DNA of 64,000 nt. It comes from Terrimicrobiaceae bacterium (GTDB lineage: Bacteria > Verrucomicrobiota > Verrucomicrobiia > Chthoniobacterales > Terrimicrobiaceae). The DNA lies in NCBI GenBank assembly GCA_044342325.1, contig JBIIPZ010000009.1:19924-83923 (forward strand), read 5' to 3'. Below are positions 30,489-39,338 of the stretch, in pieces. The notes under the pieces were generated by a model. That model was given only the letters and a program-made list of their open reading frames with translations. It was not told where the DNA came from and did not search any database. How positions within the stretch are numbered: position 1 is the stretch's first letter; each line of letters begins with the position of its first letter. Position numbers and translations under genes: made by a program.

Positions 30489-32456
30489 TTAGTGCGAAGA
30501 TTTGCCCGAGTTGTTGAGATGCTCGGCACGTCCGTCGTCATTCTCATCGAACTTGGAGGTTTTCAGCGCAAGAAGAAGACCGATGATGTCCTTCGTTCCG
30601 CCGAAGGTGAACCAAATGGCGATCACTGCGTTGAAGCCGAGGTAGAAAAAGACATAAATCTTCCAGTAGGACTCCCACCAGCTAATCGAAAGAGGCGTCG
30701 CCAGATTGATCATGGTCACGGTAGCAAAAAGAAGGATCCAAAACGCATTCCAGACTACGAGGAACACAGCCAGAATCTTGTCACCAAAGGAAAAGTCTCT
30801 GTTGATGCCGAAAATCTTCTGCCATTTGGAGACTTTCTCTTTGTTGTCGGCATGATCGGACTCAAGCGCCAATTGTCCACGGTGGAGCATTTTATCCAGG
30901 TTGAAGGGGGTTCCCTTGTAGGTCAGCAGCGAGATCACGATGTAACTTACGGCTGATCCGACAATCGCGATGAAATACAAATACTGGTTGTTGATCGGAA
31001 ACTCCTCACCGTATTGGGACTGGTAGATCGGCGGGTAAAGAAGCCCGAAAAATCCCACCGCCGCGCCGAAAAGAATCGCGGGATAGCACGCAGCGGTCGT
31101 GCCTTTTTTCCAGTAAAGCCCGCCGATGACCGCCGCGCCGGCACCGGGCAGCCAGATCGTGCCGGTGATCGCCCAGAACATGTAGATCGGCGTGCTGGGT
31201 GTGTGGAACAACCCAAAAATGAAAGCGTAGAGTGCCACCCCCGTGACCGCGAGTCGCAGCAGGAAAATGTGGTCCTTCGGCGAGTAGATTTTTTTGCGGA
31301 AGGGAATCCAGACATCCTGGATGAAAATACTGCCCCAGGAGTGCATGTAGGTGTTATGCGTGCCGATGGAGCAAAAAATCATCACCGCCAGAAATAGCCC
31401 CTTGAGACCGACAGGGAGGATTTCTGAGAGCGTGATCGGAACGCGCATCTGATTTTGGATCGTTTCATTTCCAATCGCGGCCAAGCGGGTCTCGACGACC
31501 GAGGAGGTGCTGGAAAACTCTGGAAGATTCAGCAACGCGAACACAGCCACCGCAATCACTATACCCATCCAGCCCTGCACATCCCAACGCCACCCGCCGA
31601 TGATGGCTCCCATTTTTTGCTCGTGAGGGCTCTTCGCAGAGGCGTTGTAACCTTGGGATCCCTGCCACGCAGCGCGCACGAGAATTCCGTTCAGAATTCC
31701 GATCAGATAAAACCAGACATTAAAGTCCTTGATCTCCCCGCCCTTCATCGGATGGATCATCGAGGCGTTCTCGGGAGCCAACCGCGTGCCCTCGATGATG
31801 TTTTGCCAACCGACCAGCCAAATCGCAAAGGCGGTGATCGCCACAAATCCGATCAGACTAACAATCCCAGAATAGCAGTCCGAGAGCATGATGCTGATCT
31901 GCCCGCCGAAAACGACCATCAAAAGGGCAATCCCCAGATCCAAGGCCATCAAGGTGGCGAAAGTGGAAAACTCGATCGAAGTCCCCGGAATCGGGAAAGT
32001 CTCGGGCAGGCCAAGGAAATTGACATAAAATCGCGCCGCAACGGCCGGAAAAACACCGAAATTGATCAACCCAGTAAGAAAGCAAACGATACCCGCGAAC
32101 TTGCGGAAATTCGGTGAGTAACGCGTCTCGAAAAACTGCGCCAGCGTCAGCGCCCGGGTCTCTCGGAAGCGGTAGTAAACAAAACCCGTCAGGGCGAGAA
32201 TCACGCCCACAGGCAGCGCGAGCATGCCCCACCACATGGAAGTAAACCCGGCCACATACCCCGCCTCGTAAAGCGCGATCACGGCGATCACTCCGGTGCC
32301 GCTTGCCTGCCCGCCAATCGTCAGCATGTAACGACCCGCAAGGCGATTTGCCGCGAGAAAGTCGCTCACCCCCCGCAGGTATTTCCGAGTGGCGTTCGTG
32401 AGAAAGAGCAGCCCACCAAACAGCACACCGACGGTGCACCAGTCCCAGATGCTCAT
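30489..32456 (-). CDS. Sodium:solute symporter (SSS) family transporter
   Basis: SDFLAANRLAGR, TLAQFFETRY, LPVGLKGLF, GGLYWKK; many TM helices; first gene of the operon. Confidence 0.88.
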   Translation of the reverse strand: MSIWDWCTVGVLFGGLLFLTNATRKYLRGVSDFLAANRLAGRYMLTIGGQASGTGVIAVIALYEAGYVAGFTSMWWGMLALPVGVILALTGFVYYRFRETRALTLAQFFETRYSPNFRKFAGIVCFLTGLINFGVFPAVAARFYVNFLGLPETFPIPGTSIEFSTFATLMALDLGIALLMVVFGGQISIMLSDCYSGIVSLIGFVAITAFAIWLVGWQNIIEGTRLAPENASMIHPMKGGEIKDFNVWFYLIGILNGILVRAAWQGSQGYNASAKSPHEQKMGAIIGGWRWDVQGWMGIVIAVAVFALLNLPEFSSTSSVVETRLAAIGNETIQNQMRVPITLSEILPVGLKGLFLAVMIFCSIGTHNTYMHSWGSIFIQDVWIPFRKKIYSPKDHIFLLRLAVTGVALYAFIFGLFHTPSTPIYMFWAITGTIWLPGAGAAVIGGLYWKKGTTAACYPAILFGAAVGFFGLLYPPIYQSQYGEEFPINNQYLYFIAIVGSAVSYIVISLLTYKGTPFNLDKMLHRGQLALESDHADNKEKVSKWQKIFGINRDFSFGDKILAVFLVVWNAFWILLFATVTMINLATPLSISWWESYWKIYVFFYLGFNAVIAIWFTFGGTKDIIGLLLALKTSKFDENDDGRAEHLNNSGKSSH

Positions 32457-32566
32457 AGGAAGCTTACTTTAAGTGTTCCAAGATCGCGGGGGAGTTGTTC
32501 GGGTGAGGTTTCAGTATTCATACGCGGACAACTTATGATACTACTCCGGGGGGGAGTCAAATAAAA

Positions 32567-32582
32567 ATGCAAAGCTTTGTAT
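32567..32582. promoter_or_regulatory. Palindromic operator ATGCAAAGCTTTGTAT (putative LacI-family site)
   Basis: Near-perfect palindrome just upstream of minus-strand TTGACT (32560-32555), ahead of the SSS operon; the motif recurs at four other intergenic sites. Confidence 0.7.
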
Positions 32583-32597
32583 GATTCCCTAGCCTTC

Positions 32598-33569
32598 TCA
32601 GATTTTCGAGGTGATCCGTAGAAGGGGAAGGCCTACTTCGCCGTAACCGCTCGCGGCGGGGTCGCCTTCGATTAGCGCGATGAGGTTGTCGACGGTGCGG
32701 CAGGCAATTCCGGAGCAGTCCTGCTCAGCCACAAGGACCCGTGAGGCAGGGTGCGGCGAGCCAATCCATTGGTCGAAGCATCCGATGAGCAACTCTCGGC
32801 CTTCCGCCACACTATGATTGTGCCAAAGGAAATCCTGAATCGCAGTTTGATGGGATTCGATGAGGCACAAAGGGGACGGGAGCTCGGGCTTCAGCCCGCC
32901 TGGGGAAAACTGCGCCGCTGTCGAGAAAGGAATCCCCCGGGCATTCAGCGCAACGAGCGTGGCGTCGTGGCGGCGCTTATCGACGAGGTTGAGCGAGGGA
33001 TTGAAAAGCACCAGAAACGATTTCGCTCCATCATCGAGACAAGCCTGAACCAAGTCATCCGCAGCCTTCGTATGGTCTGTAGTGACTGTTGGCAGGTTCA
33101 TGGAATCGATGGGTACATCGACTAGCACGATGGGAAAACCTTGGCTGACGAGACCGTGAAGGACCGAAAGATCCTCGATGTCGCGTCGGTTGACGATGGC
33201 ACCGCCGGCGAGTGCCGAGTGCATGGCCGTGCTGATGCGGTCGAAGATCTTCTGTTTTCCCAAGTGAAGAGAAACCATGAGATCGTAGTCCCTGTCTGCC
33301 GCAGCGAGGGCGGCAGCCTCGACCAGATAACTATCGACCGGATTGGCAAGGTCTGGAGCGATGAACCAGAAGAATTGGGATTTTTTTGCCCGCAACATTC
33401 GGGCGGCGAGATTCGGCCGGTAGCCAAGGCGCTTGGCTGTGGTCTGGATTCGTTTTTTTGTGTCGGGACGAACCCTCTTGTCGTCGCTAAGCGCTCTGGA
33501 GACGGTAGAAATATTCACATCGCACACACGGGCGATATCGATCAAGGTTGGAGAAGAAAGAGTTTTCAC
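32598..33569 (-). CDS. LacI-family transcriptional regulator
   Basis: HTH PTLIDIARVCDVNISTVSRAL, hinge LGYRPNLAARML, sugar-binding domain (FPIVLVD). Confidence 0.92.
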   Translation of the reverse strand: MKTLSSPTLIDIARVCDVNISTVSRALSDDKRVRPDTKKRIQTTAKRLGYRPNLAARMLRAKKSQFFWFIAPDLANPVDSYLVEAAALAAADRDYDLMVSLHLGKQKIFDRISTAMHSALAGGAIVNRRDIEDLSVLHGLVSQGFPIVLVDVPIDSMNLPTVTTDHTKAADDLVQACLDDGAKSFLVLFNPSLNLVDKRRHDATLVALNARGIPFSTAAQFSPGGLKPELPSPLCLIESHQTAIQDFLWHNHSVAEGRELLIGCFDQWIGSPHPASRVLVAEQDCSGIACRTVDNLIALIEGDPAASGYGEVGLPLLRITSKI

Positions 33570-33684
33570 TAATTGGCAGCATCAAGAAGGCTCAATTAAG
33601 CATCGAGACAAGTTAACGACGACTATTCCGCCACGAACTTGTATTGTAAAGATTCCTTGCTTGGGTTTACCAATGCTTTGCTTG

Positions 33685-34668
33685 CTAATCGAACAAGGCG
33701 GTCCGCACGCCTTCGAGATCGGCATGGAGTGAATGGCATAGCCCGTCGCTCCCGCCCGACTTGATATTTCCTCCCTCCAAGCCGAAGGCCGTGAATCCTG
33801 CTAATCGGATTGAGCAGACTCCCGCAGCACTGTCTTCGATTCCCGCCACTCGGAAACGCCCATCAAAGGGAATCCCCAAACCGACCCGCGCGGCCTCGGC
33901 ATAGAGCCATGGATGGGGTTTGGGAGAAAGTTCGCCAAGTGTTCCGGCTTGCCCCTTACGGAGCGGAAAACCTGCGGTGATGATAGCATCATAGAACTCC
34001 GCCGGATCCCCCATTCCCAGAGTGCGGAAAGCCGAGAGGATTTCCGGGTAGGCTTTCTCGTGGAGTCCGCTTGTGACAAGACCGATCAGGATTCCGCGTC
34101 CCTTGAGTTCGAGCAGGAAATCTTTCAAGCCCGGCGCAGGCGTGAAGGCGTTTGGACGTCCACCGCCAGCCATAATGGCGGCCAACTCGCGGTGGGTGTG
34201 ATTAAAATAGAAGCCCCTCGCTTCTTCCACGGTTTTGCCGGGGCAATATTTTTTTATGCAATATTGGAGGTGCTCGGAAACGCTGTGACCGGACACATGG
34301 GGCAAATCGGCCTCTTCGAGTTCGAAGCCCGGATTTGCAAGAAGGCTTGCCGTGGTTTGCTGGATGATCCAAATCCAAAATTCCTCACTGTGCACGGTGG
34401 TTCCATCGAGGTCCATAAGCACGGCCTGGAGTGGCCGCTCCAACTTCACAGGATGCACCGGGTAGTAAGCCGGATAACCCATACTCGAACGCACATGGGC
34501 CATAGTCTGGTGATCGAAGCCAACAAACTCGACCATCCTGTCGCCCGTGCAGGCGATGACCTTCACTCCATCCCGCCCGGCGCTGAAGCACTGGTCAGAA
34601 GTATGCTCGACAGGTGTGAGGCCGAGGCTTTGAGCATCGACACCCAGATTCGGAAAAAGATCACTCAC
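33685..34668 (-). CDS. HAD-family phosphatase / beta-phosphoglucomutase-like with N-terminal extension
   Basis: MDLDGT, LVTSG, KPHP and IEDSAAG motifs; GTGA overlap with GH38. Confidence 0.85.
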   Translation of the reverse strand: MSDLFPNLGVDAQSLGLTPVEHTSDQCFSAGRDGVKVIACTGDRMVEFVGFDHQTMAHVRSSMGYPAYYPVHPVKLERPLQAVLMDLDGTTVHSEEFWIWIIQQTTASLLANPGFELEEADLPHVSGHSVSEHLQYCIKKYCPGKTVEEARGFYFNHTHRELAAIMAGGGRPNAFTPAPGLKDFLLELKGRGILIGLVTSGLHEKAYPEILSAFRTLGMGDPAEFYDAIITAGFPLRKGQAGTLGELSPKPHPWLYAEAARVGLGIPFDGRFRVAGIEDSAAGVCSIRLAGFTAFGLEGGNIKSGGSDGLCHSLHADLEGVRTALFD

Positions 34669-37535
34669 TTTGTATTGATGAGGAGAGACACAATCTCACC
34701 CTTGCCGGCGGTGAAGGTGGCCTTGTTTTTTGAGAGTTTGAGCTCGCCCAGCGGCTTTTCTTCGAGGGTGATGCGCGAGAGCGAGGCTGTTTTTTCCGGC
34801 ACGGTGATGGTCACATCAAACCCCTCTGACGTTGGATTGTAGCCACGAACGACGACAGCGTTTTCATGTTCGGCCTTCTTCAGGGCGGTGACGATGAATT
34901 CGGCGTTGTCGAATGAAATGAAGCTGTTCATCGGCGGCAACTCGCCGTCATGTGTGGTAGCCACGATGGCACGGAGCGGACTCGTAAAGCGGCTTGCAGC
35001 CTGCGGCACTTTGCCTCTCCGCCAATCGCCCGAGTGAGGCATCACAGCGTAGCGGAACACGTGTTTGCCTTGGCACTGCGCGAGAGCTTGGAAGACGTGG
35101 GTCTCGGTCGGATTGCCCGCCGTGCCGAAGCAACGCAGCATCGTAAGCGTAATCGCGCGATCGGGATTGTCCTGCACCTCGTATTCCGAGAATCCGTAGT
35201 GGAGCAGAGCGAGGCCGTGTTTGCCGTCACTCACATCGACAAATGACAGCGTCGGCAGCGTCCGTGCGGCTTCTTCATACCATCCGGTGGAGTCCGGAAT
35301 CGAGATGGGCCTCTTGACCACATCAAACGCACTGTCCACATGGCAATGGCTGGCTTTGTCGAGGCCGGTCGGGAAAAGAACTCGCAGGCGATGATCCTGA
35401 CAGCGGTTGTCTACGGTGGTGACGAATTCCAACTGACGACTGCCGTGGCTGAGTGTGATTTCGGTAACGATGCGCACCACGGATTTGCGCGACGAGCGGC
35501 GCAGGGCACCATTGTCGATCCACTCGGAACCGTGCGGCACATGGATCTTGAGTTCCTGTTCGAGACCCTCAGGGAGTTCCCAGTCACGCTCGACACGGTA
35601 GGTGGCAGTCATTGGCCCGTTAGCCACGAGAGCCACAGCAGCAGGCTGGCCGAATGTGGTGTAGCAGGCGTCGTTGTTTGCCCGGTAATGCACAAGCGGA
35701 CCGCCGCATTCCCCCTCGTCCTCGAAGGCGTTGAGCCCCTTGTAGGCCTGCCCGGTTGCCTTGTCGGTGAGAGTTACCGTGCCATCGGCCAGCACCTCGG
35801 CGCGGAGGAATTCGTTTTCGAGGACATTCACCTGGGAGCTGATGTTGTCCACAGGGCGCGTGGCGGCTTGCTTTGGCACAACCCGGTAGGTGCTGTAGCC
35901 GAAGGCCGGAACCTCCGCCGGGATGGCGATGCGAAGCCGGGTGGCCTCGACATTGATGGCGTTGCCGTATTTCAGGTAGGCATAAAAAGTATCGTCTTCT
36001 GTTCCCAGCACCTGGGCGCGAATGGCGTTACCCATGGAGTCGAACACATCCACCATAAGCGGCTTTTTATAAGGCCCGTAATTGCGCAGGCCCCAAGAGA
36101 TCGGGACATCGACCGCGACTTCGAGCACTTCACTGCGCATGGCGGAGGTGCTGTTGAAAACCGTTACGCCTAGTTCGTGCTGGCCTATGGCCGAGAAGTC
36201 GATGCGCGTTACGAGGTCCTTGAGGTTGTCGCGGGTCACGCACTCACTGATGTCATTCGCGATACGATAGCGCTCCTCCATGGCCAACTGCACGCGGTCG
36301 ATATGGCAGCCCCCAATACCGTCGTGCTGTTGGTTCTGGAGAATCTCTTTCCATGCCGAGCGCAGCAGTGTCTCGGGATAAGACTTGCCATGAAAAAGTT
36401 GCCATGCCGAAGTCGGCTCAGCCCATTTCTCGAGGCGATGCTGGCAATCGGCGTTTTGCAACTTCAGCGGCATGCGGGCCGAGAACACACCGATATAAAG
36501 TGGGGCAAATGCATCGGCCTTTGTCTCCACACTCAGCATTTCACCCTCCAAACGGAGCAGGTTTTTATCAGCGCCCGATTCGGCCATTTCTTTGCGAATC
36601 GTTTGCACCACTTCCGGCAGGCTGCTGATGGTTACCTCGCCGTAGTCGATACGCTTATTGATTTCCTCAACGAGGTCGGGAATGTGCGGATCCGGATTCT
36701 CCTGATCGAAGCCTTGGTAGAAGAGAAGATGCTTGGTGGACACCTTGTCCTTGACGGTATCCCGAAGCGTTTCCATGCCTTTGATAGCCGACTCCATGCT
36801 CTTCATGATCGGCTGGCGCAAGACGTGGTAATTCAAGTCATCCGTGCTGTAGGTGTCGGCCAACCGAGCGATGACGCCGCCATTTTGCTGGATGGACTCC
36901 AGATCGTAGTCACCTGTCGGGAGGCTGCTCGCCCCGCCTGTTGCGCGAATATAGGGGTTGTAAACGTAGATCCAGAAATTGAGACGGTGGAACGAGCCAA
37001 AGGTGAAGCCCATCGCACGAGAGCCGTCCGGAGCATCCCACCAGAACTCAAGCTTCTCAATGTTCGACTGATCAATGCCTCTGTAGAAGAGGATCGTGTC
37101 CATGCCAAACTGGCGGTAGATCTGCGGTAACTGAGACACCTGACCCCAGCTGAAAATATTGTAGGCACATTTCATCACGCCACCGAGCGACTCGGCGATG
37201 CGGTGACCGAGAAGAAGATTCCGAACGAGCGCCTCGCCACTCACCAGAAACTCAGCCGGAAGCGTATACCAAGGGCCAGCATGGAGACGCTTTTCCTTCA
37301 CCAACTTCTCAACCTGCGGACGGCGCTCGGGACGGAATTCCAAGTAATCTTCCAAAAACGAAGACTGCGCATCGGGATGGAAGTAAGCGAAGCGCGGATC
37401 CTTCTCCATCGCATCGAGCAGGATGTCTCCTGCCTCAAGCAAACGAGCCTGAGTCTCGCGGAAGCTCCACCGGTATTCACGATCCCAATGGGTATTCAGG
37501 ATCAGATGCATTTTATAGTTTTTGGAATCAATCAT
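34665..37535 (-). CDS. GH38 alpha-mannosidase (MngB-like)
   Basis: THWDREY, GPWY, SGEALVRNLLLG, QLPQI, QHDGIGGC, DHRLRVLFP. Start at ATG 37535 is a best guess. Confidence 0.9.
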   Translation of the reverse strand: MIDSKNYKMHLILNTHWDREYRWSFRETQARLLEAGDILLDAMEKDPRFAYFHPDAQSSFLEDYLEFRPERRPQVEKLVKEKRLHAGPWYTLPAEFLVSGEALVRNLLLGHRIAESLGGVMKCAYNIFSWGQVSQLPQIYRQFGMDTILFYRGIDQSNIEKLEFWWDAPDGSRAMGFTFGSFHRLNFWIYVYNPYIRATGGASSLPTGDYDLESIQQNGGVIARLADTYSTDDLNYHVLRQPIMKSMESAIKGMETLRDTVKDKVSTKHLLFYQGFDQENPDPHIPDLVEEINKRIDYGEVTISSLPEVVQTIRKEMAESGADKNLLRLEGEMLSVETKADAFAPLYIGVFSARMPLKLQNADCQHRLEKWAEPTSAWQLFHGKSYPETLLRSAWKEILQNQQHDGIGGCHIDRVQLAMEERYRIANDISECVTRDNLKDLVTRIDFSAIGQHELGVTVFNSTSAMRSEVLEVAVDVPISWGLRNYGPYKKPLMVDVFDSMGNAIRAQVLGTEDDTFYAYLKYGNAINVEATRLRIAIPAEVPAFGYSTYRVVPKQAATRPVDNISSQVNVLENEFLRAEVLADGTVTLTDKATGQAYKGLNAFEDEGECGGPLVHYRANNDACYTTFGQPAAVALVANGPMTATYRVERDWELPEGLEQELKIHVPHGSEWIDNGALRRSSRKSVVRIVTEITLSHGSRQLEFVTTVDNRCQDHRLRVLFPTGLDKASHCHVDSAFDVVKRPISIPDSTGWYEEAARTLPTLSFVDVSDGKHGLALLHYGFSEYEVQDNPDRAITLTMLRCFGTAGNPTETHVFQALAQCQGKHVFRYAVMPHSGDWRRGKVPQAASRFTSPLRAIVATTHDGELPPMNSFISFDNAEFIVTALKKAEHENAVVVRGYNPTSEGFDVTITVPEKTASLSRITLEEKPLGELKLSKNKATFTAGKGEIVSLLINTK

Positions 37536-37568
37536 AGAAAAAGAAAAGGGGCCTTTGCTTTGCAGAGT

Positions 37569-37584
37569 ATACAAAGGTTTGTTT
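37569..37584. promoter_or_regulatory. Operator-like palindrome ATACAAAGGTTTGTTT
   Basis: Matches the ATRCAAW-nn-WTTGYAT consensus except at one end; lies in the divergent GH38/MFS intergenic region. Confidence 0.5.
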
Positions 37585-37868
37585 TATTTAGTGGTTTATT
37601 ACCCGCCGGTCAACTGGGCTCTTTCGCATGGAGTGTTTTTTATTCTAAAAGAGCATTGAAAATGAAGCGGCCGCCCCGCAATTAGGGGATGTATTAATGA
37701 ATACAAACCTTGTGACTGGACGTTCGATGTTAGACTTTGCTGCGATGAGCAACCTTCTCTGACCACGTCCCGTTTTTGTGACTCTTGGCGGTGTTAAAAC
37801 GACACGCTGCAGAAAGGTGCGACTTCGCACTTCGCGATCTGACAGAAGAAATCTCTCATCAAAACGCA

Positions 37869-39236
37869 ATGAACAGTTCCCGACGCAATCTTCGTATCGG
37901 CCTCATGGAGGGTCTACTGACAACTCCCTATACGGTTGTTACCATACCCGGCGGGTTTCTTCTTGCAGCCTTGCTGACACAATGGTTCGCGGTCGAAAAA
38001 TCCGCCTTTGGCTGGATTGTCTCCCTACCATCGTGGGCCAATGCCCTCCAAGCCTTGGCGCTCCCCCTCATTGCCCGGTTGATGACTCCCAAAGACATGG
38101 CACTGGGCATGGGATGGTTCAACGTCGGCCTGTGGGCCATGCTTGTGGCATCGCTCGGTTTCCTTCCAAAGCAGGACGGCGCCTCGACCGCCTTCTTTTT
38201 TGGAATCTTCTTTTCCATGGCCAGCGTGAGCAGTGCATTTCAGGTGGTCGGCTGGACCGACTGGGTGCGCCAGTGGGTTCCCAAAAAACTTCGAGGTGCC
38301 TACTTCGGCAAACGCAACTCTTGGATCAGCGGTGCCACCTTCGGGTTTCTGCTACTCGTCACCAGCTTCCTCGAGATCCTCAACGATTCCCTCTCGCCCT
38401 ATGTTTGGATTTTAGCCCTGATGGTCGCATTGCGCTGCGCGAGCATCCTTTTACAGCATGGCATCCACGCAGGCAGCAATACCAAACTCGAGACCCAGCC
38501 GCTTAGGAAATCACTCAAGGAGTGCCTCGCCACGCCCGGACTCGGCTGGTTCATTTTCTTCTCGGCATGGATGAACTTCTGGATGTCCTTCACCGGCCCC
38601 TTCACCGCTGTGTTCAGCTTCGAGGAACTCAAGTTTGCCCCCGGCAATTTCGCGCTCCTCACCGCTGTGGGCACTGTCAGCGGTTTTTTCGGCTGGATGT
38701 TCTGGGGGCGCGTCGCTGATAAGGCTGGGGCGATTCCGGTGATTGCTGTCGGCAGCTTTCTGTGGGAAATCCAAAATTTCCTCTGGGCTTTTCTCAACCC
38801 TGACAACTCCTGGATACTATATCCCATGTTCATCTGGGGCGGTTTTTTCTCCGTCTCGTTTTTTATGGGCAGCTTCAACCTGCTGCTGAACATTGCGCCA
38901 CAAAAAAGCAGCATGGCAGCGATCAGCCTGCACCTAGCATTTACCTCCATCGCCATGGCAGTGGCACCGATTCTTTCGGGATATTTGATCGAGCAATTCG
39001 TCACACAGCAGGGCGGCGGGATTGGCATCTACCACCTTGGCTTTGCTATCAAGTCCGCCGCATTCCTCCTCGGCCTGCTCATCCTGATTCCCATCCGCGA
39101 ACCCGGCCGCACCACGCGCCGATCCTTGCCCGGCGCTTTCCGCGTCGTCCGTCAAGCCATGGCTACGCAAGGGCTTGAACTCTTTGCCAACCTCACCCCG
39201 TTCCGAAGCCATTCAAAAATTAAGAAACGCCCCTAA
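37869..39236 (+). CDS. MFS transporter
   Basis: About 12 TM helices; WVPKKLRGAYFGKRN and WGRVADKAG motifs. Confidence 0.85.
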   Translation: MNSSRRNLRIGLMEGLLTTPYTVVTIPGGFLLAALLTQWFAVEKSAFGWIVSLPSWANALQALALPLIARLMTPKDMALGMGWFNVGLWAMLVASLGFLPKQDGASTAFFFGIFFSMASVSSAFQVVGWTDWVRQWVPKKLRGAYFGKRNSWISGATFGFLLLVTSFLEILNDSLSPYVWILALMVALRCASILLQHGIHAGSNTKLETQPLRKSLKECLATPGLGWFIFFSAWMNFWMSFTGPFTAVFSFEELKFAPGNFALLTAVGTVSGFFGWMFWGRVADKAGAIPVIAVGSFLWEIQNFLWAFLNPDNSWILYPMFIWGGFFSVSFFMGSFNLLLNIAPQKSSMAAISLHLAFTSIAMAVAPILSGYLIEQFVTQQGGGIGIYHLGFAIKSAAFLLGLLILIPIREPGRTTRRSLPGAFRVVRQAMATQGLELFANLTPFRSHSKIKKRP

Positions 39237-39338
39237 ACCCACATAGCACCGCCCTTGCCCAAGGCGAGGCGGAGCAGCAAAATCAAAGGCTCGAAAAAAT
39301 CAGAACCCATTTCTCTGCTGAATTCGCTGCCTTCACCC

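Noticed and set aside
37701..37716. Additional operator ATACAAACCTTGTGA
   Set aside because: Half-site spacing is 1 nt short of the consensus; may be chance.
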